64,000 bases of DNA. Source: Gemmatimonas sp. Lineage in GTDB: Bacteria; Gemmatimonadota; Gemmatimonadetes; Gemmatimonadales; Gemmatimonadaceae. The stretch is taken from NCBI GenBank assembly GCA_031414535.1, contig JANNVQ010000017.1, positions 1-64,000 of the forward strand. The letters run 5' to 3'. Below are positions 30,359 to 40,900 of this stretch, one piece after another; position 1 is the stretch's first letter; each line of letters opens with the position of its first letter. The translations under genes were made by a program, and so were the position numbers. A model generated the notes under the pieces. That model was not told the DNA's origin, did no database searches, and saw only the letters and a list, made by a program, of their open reading frames with translations.

Positions 30359-32890
30359 ATGGCTCACAGTCTCTTTGATACCCGCGCTTTGCGCGTGGCC
30401 CTCCTGCTCCTTGCGATGCCGTTGACGTTGGCGGCACAGGGAAACCAACTCGCAGAAATCGAAATTGCTGCCGACAGCTCCGGCCAGCCGATTTCCGTAA
30501 ACGGGCGTCAGATGGGCGTGACTCCCGCGACGGTGAGAATCGCGCCGGCAGCAGGTGTTCGCATCGAAGTCGGCCGCGGCGCTCGCATGCGCGGGCTCAC
30601 GCTGGACGTGCCAGCCTCCGCCCGCATCAAGGTGGAGATGACGATGCCGCGTGACACGCAGCCGCTGCCGCGCGTGCGCACGCAGGAAGAGATTCAGCGC
30701 GCGCTCTCCGGGTCCAGTAATTACCCGACGCCCAGCGCCCCTGTCGCACCGATTGCGCCGCGGCGTCCGGGCTTCTTCGGGAGCTTGGTGATGGGTGGCG
30801 CACTGATTGGCGGCGGGGCCTTTGTGGCCTCCTCGGGAGCCTGCGACCAGAGCTTCACGTCACCGGCGCCGTCCGGTGGCTATGTGGGTGGTACGTACTA
30901 TGCGCCTGGCGAGCATTCGCTGGGCGTCGCGGCCAGCTGCCAGGCCAGCGCGGCGGCCGTTGGCGCTCTTGTTGGCGCTGGTGCCTTGCATCTCATTCGC
31001 CGCGGGAGATACAAGTCGCGTCAGGCGAGCTTTGCCTCCGCACAGGCGCAGCATCGGACGGCGCAGGTCGCCTATGAGCGGTCCGTCACGGATCGTGAAC
31101 GGCGCTTCCGCGAAGATGTGCAGAAGGCACTCGACGGCGACCAAGCTCAGCGTGTGGCCGTTGCCTCGAACAACGACCGCGCCATCCGTGCCAATCAGGA
31201 ACTGCCGCTCGTGACCTTCTTGAACACGACGCGGAGCCAAGTCGTCGGCGGTCGCACGAACATGGTCCCGCCCGCGCTGCGCATTCAGTCTGTCTCGTTT
31301 GAAGATGCCGATGGTGATTCCGTCATCTCGGCCGGTGAACGCGCCACAGTGAAGGTGCGCTTGCAGAACACCGGTCGCGGCGCAGGCGTGAACGTGCGTG
31401 TTGATGCGAAGTCCACCTCACGTCTCCGCTTTCAGCCGGCGCTGGTCGGTACTGTCGCCGCCGGTGACATTCGTGAGGCCGTACTCGAGGTCATCGCCAC
31501 GCAGGACGTTACGGATGAGCAGGCCGCGCTCGACATCACGCTGGTTGAGGCAAACGGCTTCGACTCCGAGCCACTGCGTCTCTTGGTGCCGGTGATGGCG
31601 TACCGTCCACCCAACCTGAGCATCCTCGGTGCGCAAGCCGTTGACGCCGAGGGTCGCACCGTCATCCGGCCCGGTTCGCAGGCCACCGTGACCGTGCGCG
31701 TGCAGAACCGCGGCCAAGGTCTGGCGGAGAACGTGCGCTTGGTCATCGCCCTTGGCGACAGCACAATGTTCTTTGCGGACAATCCCACCATGAACGTCGT
31801 CACGCGTGATCTCGGGCGTATGCGCGCGGGAGCGTTCCAGGATGTGAAGTTCGAAGTGATCGTGAACAACCGCGCGACGCGCTTCGCGCTGAACGCATCG
31901 ATTACGGAACAGTCGGGTCGCTATTCCTTGGCACCGCGCGACCTTGGCCTCCAGTTGAACCGCCCGCAGCAGAGCATCGCGCAGGTGGTGGCAGTGGAAG
32001 CGCCACGGCCAGGGGTTGGTGCTGGTGCCGTGCCCGGCACGTTTGGATCTGACCTTTTGCAGGGTATTCCGCGGGTGGCGGAGAATCCGAATTCTGTCGC
32101 GATCATCATTGGCAACTCGCAGTATTTGGGCGGCATTCCGCCGGTGCAGTTCGCGGCCAATGACGCGGTGGTGATGCGTCAGTATGCCGAGCAGTCGCTC
32201 GGCGTGCGGCCGGGCAACATCGTGATGCTCAACAACGCGACCATGTCGCAACTGCGCACGACGTTCGGAGAACGCGGCAATCCGAATGGCCGTTTGCGCA
32301 ACATGATTCGCCCCGGTGTGAGTGAGGTCTTCGTGTTCTACTCCGGCCACGGTGCGCCGGACGCCGCTGAGCGCAAGGCGTACATCATGCCGGTGGATGC
32401 GGATGCCAGCTTGCTCTCGCTCACGGGATACAGTGTGGATGTGCTCTACGAGAATCTCGCGGCGATTGGCGCCAAGCACGTGACGGTGGTGATTGACGCC
32501 TGCTTCTCCGGCGCCACCGGTGGCGGCGAAATGCTCATCAAGTCGGCCTCGCCGATTGGCATTCAGGTCAATGATCCGGCGCAACGCTTCCAAGGTGGTA
32601 ACGCCACAATCATTGCTGCGGCCGAAGGGCAGCAATTGGCCAATTGGTATGACGAAAAGAACCACGGCTTGCTGACGTACTTCTTTTTGAAGGGTTTGCA
32701 AGGGCAGGCGGACAAGGACCAGAACGGCGAAGTGTCGGTGGCGGAGATGCGCGGGTTCCTGACCGATCCGGCCTATGGCATCCCGTATGAAGCGCGGCGT
32801 TTGCACAGCCGCGATCAGACGCCTCAGGTGTTTGGTTCTGGGGAGCGCACCCTACGTGCGAAGCCTGTTGAAGCCGCGGGGCAGCCGTAA
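30359..32890 (+). CDS. Exported caspase-family (peptidase C14) protein with PEGA-like and Ig-like domains
   Basis: Signal peptide; ISVNG..MGVTP; AIIIGNSQY, A.NDA, FYSGHG, IDACFSG, HGLLTYFFLKGL.G.AD, Q.PQ. Confidence 0.9.
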   Translation: MAHSLFDTRALRVALLLLAMPLTLAAQGNQLAEIEIAADSSGQPISVNGRQMGVTPATVRIAPAAGVRIEVGRGARMRGLTLDVPASARIKVEMTMPRDTQPLPRVRTQEEIQRALSGSSNYPTPSAPVAPIAPRRPGFFGSLVMGGALIGGGAFVASSGACDQSFTSPAPSGGYVGGTYYAPGEHSLGVAASCQASAAAVGALVGAGALHLIRRGRYKSRQASFASAQAQHRTAQVAYERSVTDRERRFREDVQKALDGDQAQRVAVASNNDRAIRANQELPLVTFLNTTRSQVVGGRTNMVPPALRIQSVSFEDADGDSVISAGERATVKVRLQNTGRGAGVNVRVDAKSTSRLRFQPALVGTVAAGDIREAVLEVIATQDVTDEQAALDITLVEANGFDSEPLRLLVPVMAYRPPNLSILGAQAVDAEGRTVIRPGSQATVTVRVQNRGQGLAENVRLVIALGDSTMFFADNPTMNVVTRDLGRMRAGAFQDVKFEVIVNNRATRFALNASITEQSGRYSLAPRDLGLQLNRPQQSIAQVVAVEAPRPGVGAGAVPGTFGSDLLQGIPRVAENPNSVAIIIGNSQYLGGIPPVQFAANDAVVMRQYAEQSLGVRPGNIVMLNNATMSQLRTTFGERGNPNGRLRNMIRPGVSEVFVFYSGHGAPDAAERKAYIMPVDADASLLSLTGYSVDVLYENLAAIGAKHVTVVIDACFSGATGGGEMLIKSASPIGIQVNDPAQRFQGGNATIIAAAEGQQLANWYDEKNHGLLTYFFLKGLQGQADKDQNGEVSVAEMRGFLTDPAYGIPYEARRLHSRDQTPQVFGSGERTLRAKPVEAAGQP

Positions 32891-35800
32891 TGCGTCCTGT
32901 ACTTCGCTTGGTATTGTGCGGCGTTGCTCTGCTTTCCTGCGCGCCTGAAGTTATCGTTGCGCCTCCGGAACCAGGGACGGTGACGGTCACGATCGCTGCG
33001 AGCACCATTCTGCAGGGTTCGACGACTCAGGCCACGGCCACTGCAACGGATTCACGTGGGCTTGTGCTGTCGAGCGAGCCGCGGGTGTGGACCTCGTCGG
33101 CGCCACTGGTGGCGTCTGTGAGCGCAACCGGCTTGGTGACTGCATTGGCCCCGGGCTCGGCTCAGATCAGCGCCTCCGTGCTTGGGCGCACGTCTGGGGT
33201 GGCGGTGACGGTGTTGCCGCGCGCGGTGCGCGTGACGGTCACACCGGACTCGGCAACGCGTACGTACGCAGACACCGTCCGTTTTACTGGCGCGGCCTTC
33301 GCTGTCGGTAATGCGGCGATGCCGGGCGCGCCCATGGCGTACTCGATCACGACGGGCAGTAGCTTCGCGTCCGTCAGCACCACGGGCTTGGTCACGCCGG
33401 TGCTGCAGTTCGATACGGTCACGCGGCTGGTCACTGTGCGCGCGACCTCTGATACGGCGTCGGGCACGGCCCAGTTGCGCTTGCGGAAGCTGCCAATCGA
33501 TACCGTCATCGTCTCACCGGCCAGCGCGAGCCGCACGGCGGGTCTGACGGCTCAGTTCACGGCCGAGGCTCGGCGCACGAACGGGTCGGTGCTGACGGAT
33601 CGTGTGGTCACTTGGACGAGCAGCAACACCGGCGTAGCCACTGTCAACGCGAGTGGCTTGGTGACTGCGGTCGCCGCGGGCACTGCGACCATCTCGGCCA
33701 CGTCCGAGACCCGCGTCACGACGGCGGTTGTGACGGTTACCAACACGCCCGTGCAGACGGTGGATATTGTGTTGCCGTCGCTTACGACGCCGTTGACGGC
33801 GCTCAACCTTGCGAACGGCCGCACGCAGCAATTGAACACCATCCTCAAGGACGCAGGGAACAATGTTCTGACGGGGCGCACGGTCACGTGGAGTTCGGGC
33901 ACCCCCGGCGTGGCGACGGTGTCGGCGACGGGAGTCGTTTCTGCGGTTGCTGCCGCAGGCACGACCATTATCACCGCCACCTCTGAAGGGCAGACGGCGT
34001 CGTTCACACTCACCATCGGAAATCCGGTCGCGAGCGTGACGCTGCCCGCGAGCATCGCGGTGTCGAACGTGCAAACAACGAGCCAGACCGTGACGGTACG
34101 GGACGTCAGCCTCGTGGGCCTCGCTAACCGCGTGGTGACGGTCACGTCTACCAACCCTTCGATTGTCACTGCCACCCCTGCCGTTTCGCAGACCAACATC
34201 TCAGGCGTTGTCACTCTCGCGGTGCGAGGCGTCGCGGTAGGCTCCGCGTCAATCATTGCGAGTTCCGAGGGCTTTGCCGACACCGTGCTGGTCACGGTGT
34301 CTACGGCCGTGCCTGCTTCCATCACTTTTGATGGCTACCTCGCCCTCACCACGACTCCAAGCATCAGCACAGGTAGGACGTACCAAGCGGTAGCCACGGT
34401 GCGCGACAACCTTGGCAACGCCATTCCTGGCCAGGCTGTCACTTGGACGTCATCCCTACCGACAGCGGCGACGGTCAGCACGTCTGGCCTCGTCACCGGC
34501 GTTGGCGCTGGCTCTACGCTCATCACTGCCGCGGTGACTTCGAATCCTGCGATTTCCCTCGGCCGCACGTTTACAACCCAGAACCCGGTCGCGACAGTTC
34601 TGTTGTCCAGCAGCACCATCTCTGGCGTGGTGAGCTTGGTGAGCAACGTGACCGTGACGCCGCGCGATGCAGCGAACGCGACTCTCACTGGCCGTCCGTT
34701 CACGGCCACGTCGTCGGACACGACAATTGCCAGGGTGATATTGGTGTCCGCGAATCAGATTCAGGTCACCAACGTGCGAATCGGCACGGCCGTGATTACG
34801 GTCGCGTCTGAGGCTGTCACTTCTACGATCAACGTGACGGTGACACCGCCGCCGGTGGCCTCGGTGATCATCACGGGCGGCACGACGCTGAATCGCAGTA
34901 GCACACTGCAGTTGACAGCGACGACGCGTGACGCGGGCAACAATGTGCTCACGGGCCGCACGGTCACGTGGTCCTCGTCAAATCCGGCCGCCGCGACAAT
35001 CAACGCGTCGACTGGCTTGGTCACGGGCGTTGGCGTTGGCTCCACCCTGATTACGGCCACGAGTGAAGGCATCAACGGCACGGTGACAATTTCTGTCACC
35101 ACCGATGTGACGCAGGTGATTGTCGCACCGAGCACGTTCTCCCTCGCAGTGGGGGCGACGCAGACCCTCACAGCCACGCCGCAGAATGCCGGTGGCACGG
35201 CACTGACCGGACGGACGGTCACTTGGACGAGCCTCAGCCCGACCATCGCAAGCGTGAACGCCTCCACCGGCGTTGTGACGGGCGTGGCAATCGGCTCCGC
35301 GACCATCCGTGCTACCGTGGATGGCGTGATTGGTAACGCCACGGCAACCGTCACCGCAGCGGTCAACGTTTGCGATCCGGTCGCACACACACCGCCCTCG
35401 ACGGTTAGCGGTTCCGTAACCACGACGGACTGCATCGTGACCGCCGGCACGACGTTCGAAGACATCTTCACGCTCACCTCTGGTGCCAGCCGCGTGATGT
35501 CATGGAACGTCACGCCGACCGGAGGCTCGCTGCTGTTGGCGCGGCAGCTGCAGCAGAATACGAGCAGCGGGCCCTTCATCAGCACGACCTTCGCCGCCAA
35601 CGGTATGGCGTACGGGCTCTACGGAGCTGGCACGCATCGCTTCTCTGTGCGGAACACAACGGCAGCTCCTGTGAACTATTCGTTCACGACGAATGCGGCC
35701 GCGACAATCCCTAACGAATGCGTGGTCGTGTCCACCCATATCGGATCCGGCGTGTCGGCCAACTTGAGTCTCGGGACCGCCTCCTGCTACGCCAATTCCA

Positions 35801-36135
35801 AGCGCTACGGTCGGTTCTGGATGCATATGGCGGCGGGGCAGCAGGTCACCATCACGATGACGGCCGCCTACGACGCATTCCTCGAACTGTATCCTCTCAA
35901 TGGCGACGGGACGGTGGGCACGCGGGTCGCCTCCGACGACGACGGCGCGGGTGGTACGAATTCGCGCATCATCTTCACGGCGACCACGGCGGGATTCTTC
36001 GAACTCCGATCCACGACGTTCGCGAACGACATCACCGGCGCATACACGCTCTCGTTGAGCAGTACGCCGTCGAACCTGATGGCGCCTGATGCGAGCGCTC
36101 CCCTCGCGATTCGCACCCCGGATTCCCGTCCGTGA
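32890..36135 (+). CDS. Lipoprotein with about 9 Big_2 Ig-like repeats and a C-terminal PPC-like domain (adhesin-like)
   Basis: Lipobox LLSC; repeated VTWxSS...ATV...GLVT.V..G...I.A; C-terminal DAFLEL...ASDDDG.GGTNSRI...GAYTL. Confidence 0.88.
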   Translation: MRPVLRLVLCGVALLSCAPEVIVAPPEPGTVTVTIAASTILQGSTTQATATATDSRGLVLSSEPRVWTSSAPLVASVSATGLVTALAPGSAQISASVLGRTSGVAVTVLPRAVRVTVTPDSATRTYADTVRFTGAAFAVGNAAMPGAPMAYSITTGSSFASVSTTGLVTPVLQFDTVTRLVTVRATSDTASGTAQLRLRKLPIDTVIVSPASASRTAGLTAQFTAEARRTNGSVLTDRVVTWTSSNTGVATVNASGLVTAVAAGTATISATSETRVTTAVVTVTNTPVQTVDIVLPSLTTPLTALNLANGRTQQLNTILKDAGNNVLTGRTVTWSSGTPGVATVSATGVVSAVAAAGTTIITATSEGQTASFTLTIGNPVASVTLPASIAVSNVQTTSQTVTVRDVSLVGLANRVVTVTSTNPSIVTATPAVSQTNISGVVTLAVRGVAVGSASIIASSEGFADTVLVTVSTAVPASITFDGYLALTTTPSISTGRTYQAVATVRDNLGNAIPGQAVTWTSSLPTAATVSTSGLVTGVGAGSTLITAAVTSNPAISLGRTFTTQNPVATVLLSSSTISGVVSLVSNVTVTPRDAANATLTGRPFTATSSDTTIARVILVSANQIQVTNVRIGTAVITVASEAVTSTINVTVTPPPVASVIITGGTTLNRSSTLQLTATTRDAGNNVLTGRTVTWSSSNPAAATINASTGLVTGVGVGSTLITATSEGINGTVTISVTTDVTQVIVAPSTFSLAVGATQTLTATPQNAGGTALTGRTVTWTSLSPTIASVNASTGVVTGVAIGSATIRATVDGVIGNATATVTAAVNVCDPVAHTPPSTVSGSVTTTDCIVTAGTTFEDIFTLTSGASRVMSWNVTPTGGSLLLARQLQQNTSSGPFISTTFAANGMAYGLYGAGTHRFSVRNTTAAPVNYSFTTNAAATIPNECVVVSTHIGSGVSANLSLGTASCYANSKRYGRFWMHMAAGQQVTITMTAAYDAFLELYPLNGDGTVGTRVASDDDGAGGTNSRIIFTATTAGFFELRSTTFANDITGAYTLSLSSTPSNLMAPDASAPLAIRTPDSRP

Positions 36136-36992
36136 TGCTGATCCGACGGCTCGCGTCGGCGGTCACGCTGCTGCTGCCCGCCGTTGCCCACGGGCAGGGT
36201 GGCAGCAGTTGTGCGCCCGGCCTCGACGCCGAGTGGCAGCGGGTGCGCCTCATCCGCTACGTCTCGCCCGATCGGTCGCGCGCCCAAGTCGAACAACTCC
36301 TCTTGGGCGAGGCGCGACGCCTCGCCGTGCAGCAGGCCGTCGGTATCGCCATCGCGAGCACAACCACGCGCACGCAATACGAAGCGATGGCGAACGGCGA
36401 ATCGAAGGAGTATCGCGACAACTTCTTCGAGCTCTACTCGCAGGAGGCGGCCGGTCTCATCGTTGAAGAGAAGCACACCACCGCCCGGCGCGGCGATGAC
36501 TCGCTCTCGGTGGTCTACGAGGCTCGCGTCAGCTGTGACACGGGGCCGGTCGCGGCGGGCTTCACGGCTAAGGTGGAGACCAACCAAGAGACGTACCGGG
36601 AGCGGGACCAAGTCACCATTGACGTGGAAGCGAGCGACTCCTCCCGCGTCTACCTCTTCTCGATGGCGCAAGACGGATCTGCGGTGATGATCTTCCCGAA
36701 CCACATCGACGCTGCCAACACGCTGCGGCCCGGTGTGAAGCGCGTCGTTCCTGGGCCTGGAGCGCTCTACAGTTTGCCCGTCAGTCTCGATCAGCGCTTC
36801 GGGCCGTCGCAGAACGAAATGCTGCTCGCCATTTTCTATCGGGGCTCCGGGCCGCCGCCCTTCCGTGCGGCGGATGCGTTCTCAAAGGTCTTCACGCTGC
36901 AGGAAATCAATCGCGTCTTGCTGTTAATCCCGCGCGCAGAGAGAACTCGCGTCGCGACCGGCTACGAGATCCGCGCCCGCGCGGAGCGCTAG
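36132..36992 (+). CDS. Exported DUF4384-like protein (paralog 1)
   Basis: Signal peptide; Y...D.V.I.V.....VYLF....DG....IFPN pattern. Confidence 0.75.
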   Translation: MMLIRRLASAVTLLLPAVAHGQGGSSCAPGLDAEWQRVRLIRYVSPDRSRAQVEQLLLGEARRLAVQQAVGIAIASTTTRTQYEAMANGESKEYRDNFFELYSQEAAGLIVEEKHTTARRGDDSLSVVYEARVSCDTGPVAAGFTAKVETNQETYRERDQVTIDVEASDSSRVYLFSMAQDGSAVMIFPNHIDAANTLRPGVKRVVPGPGALYSLPVSLDQRFGPSQNEMLLAIFYRGSGPPPFRAADAFSKVFTLQEINRVLLLIPRAERTRVATGYEIRARAER

Positions 36993-37017
36993 CATCGCGC
37001 GCGCCGCCGCCGCGCCA

Positions 37018-37947
37018 TTGTTGCGCCCGCGAGTGACCATCATACTCGCGCTGGCGCTCGGCGTTGGGCTTGCCTGCGCCTCGTCCCCACGGCCCACCGC
37101 GGCGACACCCTCAGCTTCCCCCGCCAATTCCGGACCCTGGCAGCAGCGCGAGTCGCCAACCCCGAGCCTGGGCTGCGTGCCTGGGCTCGAGCGCGAGTGG
37201 CAGCGCCTTCGCCTCTCCCGCTATGTACCACCGGACCGTTCGCGCGCGCAGGTGGAGCAGGTGCTGCTCAGCGAGGCGCGCGTGCTCGCCGTCCAGCAGG
37301 CCGTTGGCATCAGCATTGCCACGACCACCTCGCGGGCGCAGTACGAGGCGATGTCGAACGGATCATCGCGGGAGTATCGCGATCACTTCATTGAGCTCTA
37401 TAGCCAAGAGGCGGCGGGCCTGATTGTGGAGGAGCGCCATCGCACGGCGCGTCCGTACGCCGATTCCTTGGCCCTCACGTACGAGGCACGCGTCGCCTGC
37501 GATGCGGGGAGTGAGGCGGCGGGATTCACCGCATCCCTCAGCACGGACCAGCTGGTCTACCGCGCAGGCGATTCCATCAGAATTGCGGTGCGCGCGTCCG
37601 ATGCGGCAAGGCTCTATCTCTTTTCCGTGTTACAGGATGGATCCGCTCGGCTCATTTTCCCCAATTCGATTGAGCCGCGCAACGAGCTTGTTGGCGGCGG
37701 AGCCCGCACGATTCCCAGTCCCGGTGGTGTCTACCGCCTGACCGCGGAGCTAGATTCGCGCTTCGGTGCAACGCAGGCCGAGTTGTTGCTGGGCATCTTC
37801 CTCACTGGAGACGTTCCTTCGCCGTTTCGTGCCCAAGACGCCAAGGTGGTGGAGTTCTCTCTCGAGGAGATCAACCGCATCCTGCTGCGAATCCCCCGTG
37901 CCCAGCGGACGCGGGTCGCGGTCGGTTACGAGATTCGTGCGCGCTAA
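37018..37947 (+). CDS. DUF4384-like lipoprotein (paralog 2)
   Basis: Lipobox GLAC; colinear similarity to 36132-36992; YRAGD.I.I.V...LYLF...DG...LIFPN. Confidence 0.75.
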   Translation: MLRPRVTIILALALGVGLACASSPRPTAATPSASPANSGPWQQRESPTPSLGCVPGLEREWQRLRLSRYVPPDRSRAQVEQVLLSEARVLAVQQAVGISIATTTSRAQYEAMSNGSSREYRDHFIELYSQEAAGLIVEERHRTARPYADSLALTYEARVACDAGSEAAGFTASLSTDQLVYRAGDSIRIAVRASDAARLYLFSVLQDGSARLIFPNSIEPRNELVGGGARTIPSPGGVYRLTAELDSRFGATQAELLLGIFLTGDVPSPFRAQDAKVVEFSLEEINRILLRIPRAQRTRVAVGYEIRAR

Positions 37948-37962
37948 TCGCGCGCCGCTTCG

Positions 37963-40900
37963 ATGACCGTACCCGCCTCACCCTCATTCCGACTCCACAC
38001 GCTCGGCACGGCGACGCTCGAGCGCCGCGACGACGCTGGCACCTGGGAGGTGGTGATGCGCGCGAGCAAGCCGCTTGCGCTGCTGGTGTATCTCGCCACG
38101 GTCGCCGGGCGCTCACTCTCGCGCGAACAGCTGGCCGACTCGCTCTGGGGCGACGAATCGCCTGAGCGCGCCCGCGCCTCGCTGCGTCAGGCCATTTACG
38201 CGCTCAAGCAGGTAATCGGAGAGGAGGTACTGCAGAGCGAGCGCGAAGTGGTGGTGCTCCGCGAAGGCGCCATCGAATGCGATCGCGATGCCTTTGTCGC
38301 CGCCATGCGGCGCAATGATTTGGACACGATGCTGTCCGTGTATCACGGGGCCTTCTGCGATTCGCTCACGGTGGGTGGTGCCACGGAGTACGATCGCTGG
38401 ATGCGGGCTGAGCGCTCACACCTGGAGCGCCTCCTGCTTGATCGCGCGCAAAGCGTGGTGGCGGCACGCATCGCGGCGGGAGAGGGCGATTCCGCGCTGG
38501 TGGCGGCTCGTGCACTTGAACGACATCTCGCCGACCGCAGCGAGGTCCAGGTGTTGCTCTTTGACGCGCTGGTGGCCTCAGGAGGGAGGCTCGAGGCGGT
38601 GCAGCGGCTTTCGGCGCACGCCTCTCAGCTCTCCTCGCAGGAACTGTCCATTCCCCCGCAGATTGCCGAACGCATCGCGCGCGTGCGGCGGGCCGCACTC
38701 GAGACGCCAGCACCGTCCAGTAATTCCCTCAGTTCCATTGGCGAGCATCTGATTGGCCGCGATTCCCTGCTCGGGGAACTCTCGCGCGAGGCAGAAGCGG
38801 CGCGCGGCGGCGGCGCCCGCCGTGTGATTCTGAACGGACCAGCTGGCGTAGGCAAGACCCGTGTGCTGGATGAACTGGAAGCGCGCCTCCGGCTTCGCGG
38901 CGCCCGTGTGGTGCGCGCCGGTTTATTGCCGAGTATGCAGGATGTCGAGAACTCGGCGCTAGTGGAAGTCGTGCGCGCGGTCTGCGATCTCCCGGGTGCG
39001 TTGGGCGTGTCGGAGCAGTCGGCACGGCGCCTGGTTCGCGTACTGCCAGAGTTGCGGACCCGCTTTCCGGGTGTGCCACGCGATTCGCAGTTGGGATCGG
39101 ATGACATTCGTGCACTGCAGGTTGCTGTGTCGGATCTGCTCGCCTCGGTATCCGAGGAACGCCTGGTCGTACTGATGCTCGACAACGTGCATCACGCTGA
39201 TGTGGCGTCTTTGCAGGTGATGATTGGCACACAGATTCATCCAAAGAGCCGCCTGCTCCAGTTGTGGACCTCGCGCAGCGGACGGGAGTACACGAGTGAT
39301 TCTGGCACGTCGGTCATTGATGTGCTCCCGCTCGCCGAGCCGGACGTGGTTGCGCTGCTCTCTGCGGTGGCTCGGGTGCCGGATGAGCCGTGGATGCATG
39401 GACTCGCGGCGGCGCTCTACCGCCGTTCGCGCGGGGTGCCGCTCTTAGTGCTGGCGGCCATCCGTTCATTAGGTGCAGCCGGACTGCTGCGCATCTCACA
39501 GGGCATGTGGACCAGCGAGCGCCCGGAGGCACTGCTGCAAATGGCGAACGCCACGGCGGGCACCGGCGCTCTGGTTGCTGGCGTGGATGCCGTGTCGCGC
39601 TTGGCACTTGAGGTGCTGGCGGCGTGGGGTCGGCCGATGGAGGAGCGCGACCTGCTCGGAACCCTGGCATTCGCGGCGCGCGCGGTAGGGATGGACGAAT
39701 GGCGCGCGTGCCTTCGCCGCCTCGAATCGCTGGGTCTCGTACAGTCCCGCGACGTGAACTGGGCCATCGCCCACGACACGGTGGCAGATGAGTTGCGCGC
39801 CACGCCTTCCACGGTACTCAACGACGCGCCGCGCGAGCTCTTGTTCGCGTACTGGAGTGCTCCCACCAGACTCACGGTGAACGCGTTCGAGCAGCTGGCC
39901 CTGCTCACCGGGCAAGAGGCCTCGCCCATGATGGCCTTACGTCTCGCACGCGTGGCCCAGAAGCTGCCGCGCTTCTCCGATGCTGGGCTCCGCGGCCGTG
40001 AGCTCACGCGACGCATTGCTCGGCAGTCTGGTCATCCGGAGTGGGAACGCGATATTTCACATGGGATTGGCTTTTTTGCGCGGCAATCGGACGGGACGCG
40101 CTTTGCGTTGGCAGTGGTGATGACCTTTGCGCTCATGGGACTCTCTGTCCTCGCGGTGCAACTGCAGCCGCGCATCGTGATTGAGAGTGTCCCGATGGCG
40201 GAGCAAAGCCGAGAAGGTGAGGCAGCGGAATTCGTAGTCCAGCCGCGCGTGCGCATTGCGGACGGTTTTGGGAGGGCGAGCGAGCTCGAGGTACCCGTGC
40301 GGGTGACCGTGGACCACGGCCGCCTTGTTGGTGAAACGCTACGCAAGACAGAGAAGGGGCGACTGCAATTCGAGAGCGTGGCCTTGATACGTGGCCCGTC
40401 GCGGTCCGATGGACGCCCTGTGCATGTGCACTTTGAAGGACCCTGGTACGTTCGTCCAGCAACCACGGAGATTCCAGGCCTCAGTACCGCGTACACCCGC
40501 GATGGATTTCGCATCGTGGCGCTCACGGCTAACGGAGTCCCCGTCGGGGATGACTTCGTTGTGAGCGTGAAGGTGCGGGATTCGATTCGCTTTGACTTGG
40601 CCTTCGAGTATACGACCGGAATGCCAACGGCCAATTACATTCTTGGGGCGATGCCTACTTGGGGGAGGCGGGAGCAGAGTGCCATTCGACTGGCTGGACT
40701 CCCACGCCCCGTCGTGAATGCCTGGCGCTGGGTGACCTTTGCTGTTCCACCACTTGGACGCCCCGGTGAGGAGTACGTGCTGATTCTGATGGACGCCGAA
40801 GACACGGTGGACCATATGTTCTCGAGCACCAGTTGGCAGGCGGGCGCTCCACGCTGGAATGATGGGAATGATCTCGTTGATCTTGGGCGGGAGTTCTTTG

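Noticed and set aside
15603..32806. Other long antisense ORFs (15603-17036, 20052-21656, 23593-24846, 27385-28764, 31418-32806)
   Set aside because: Each lies opposite well-supported genes; typical stop-poor reverse frames
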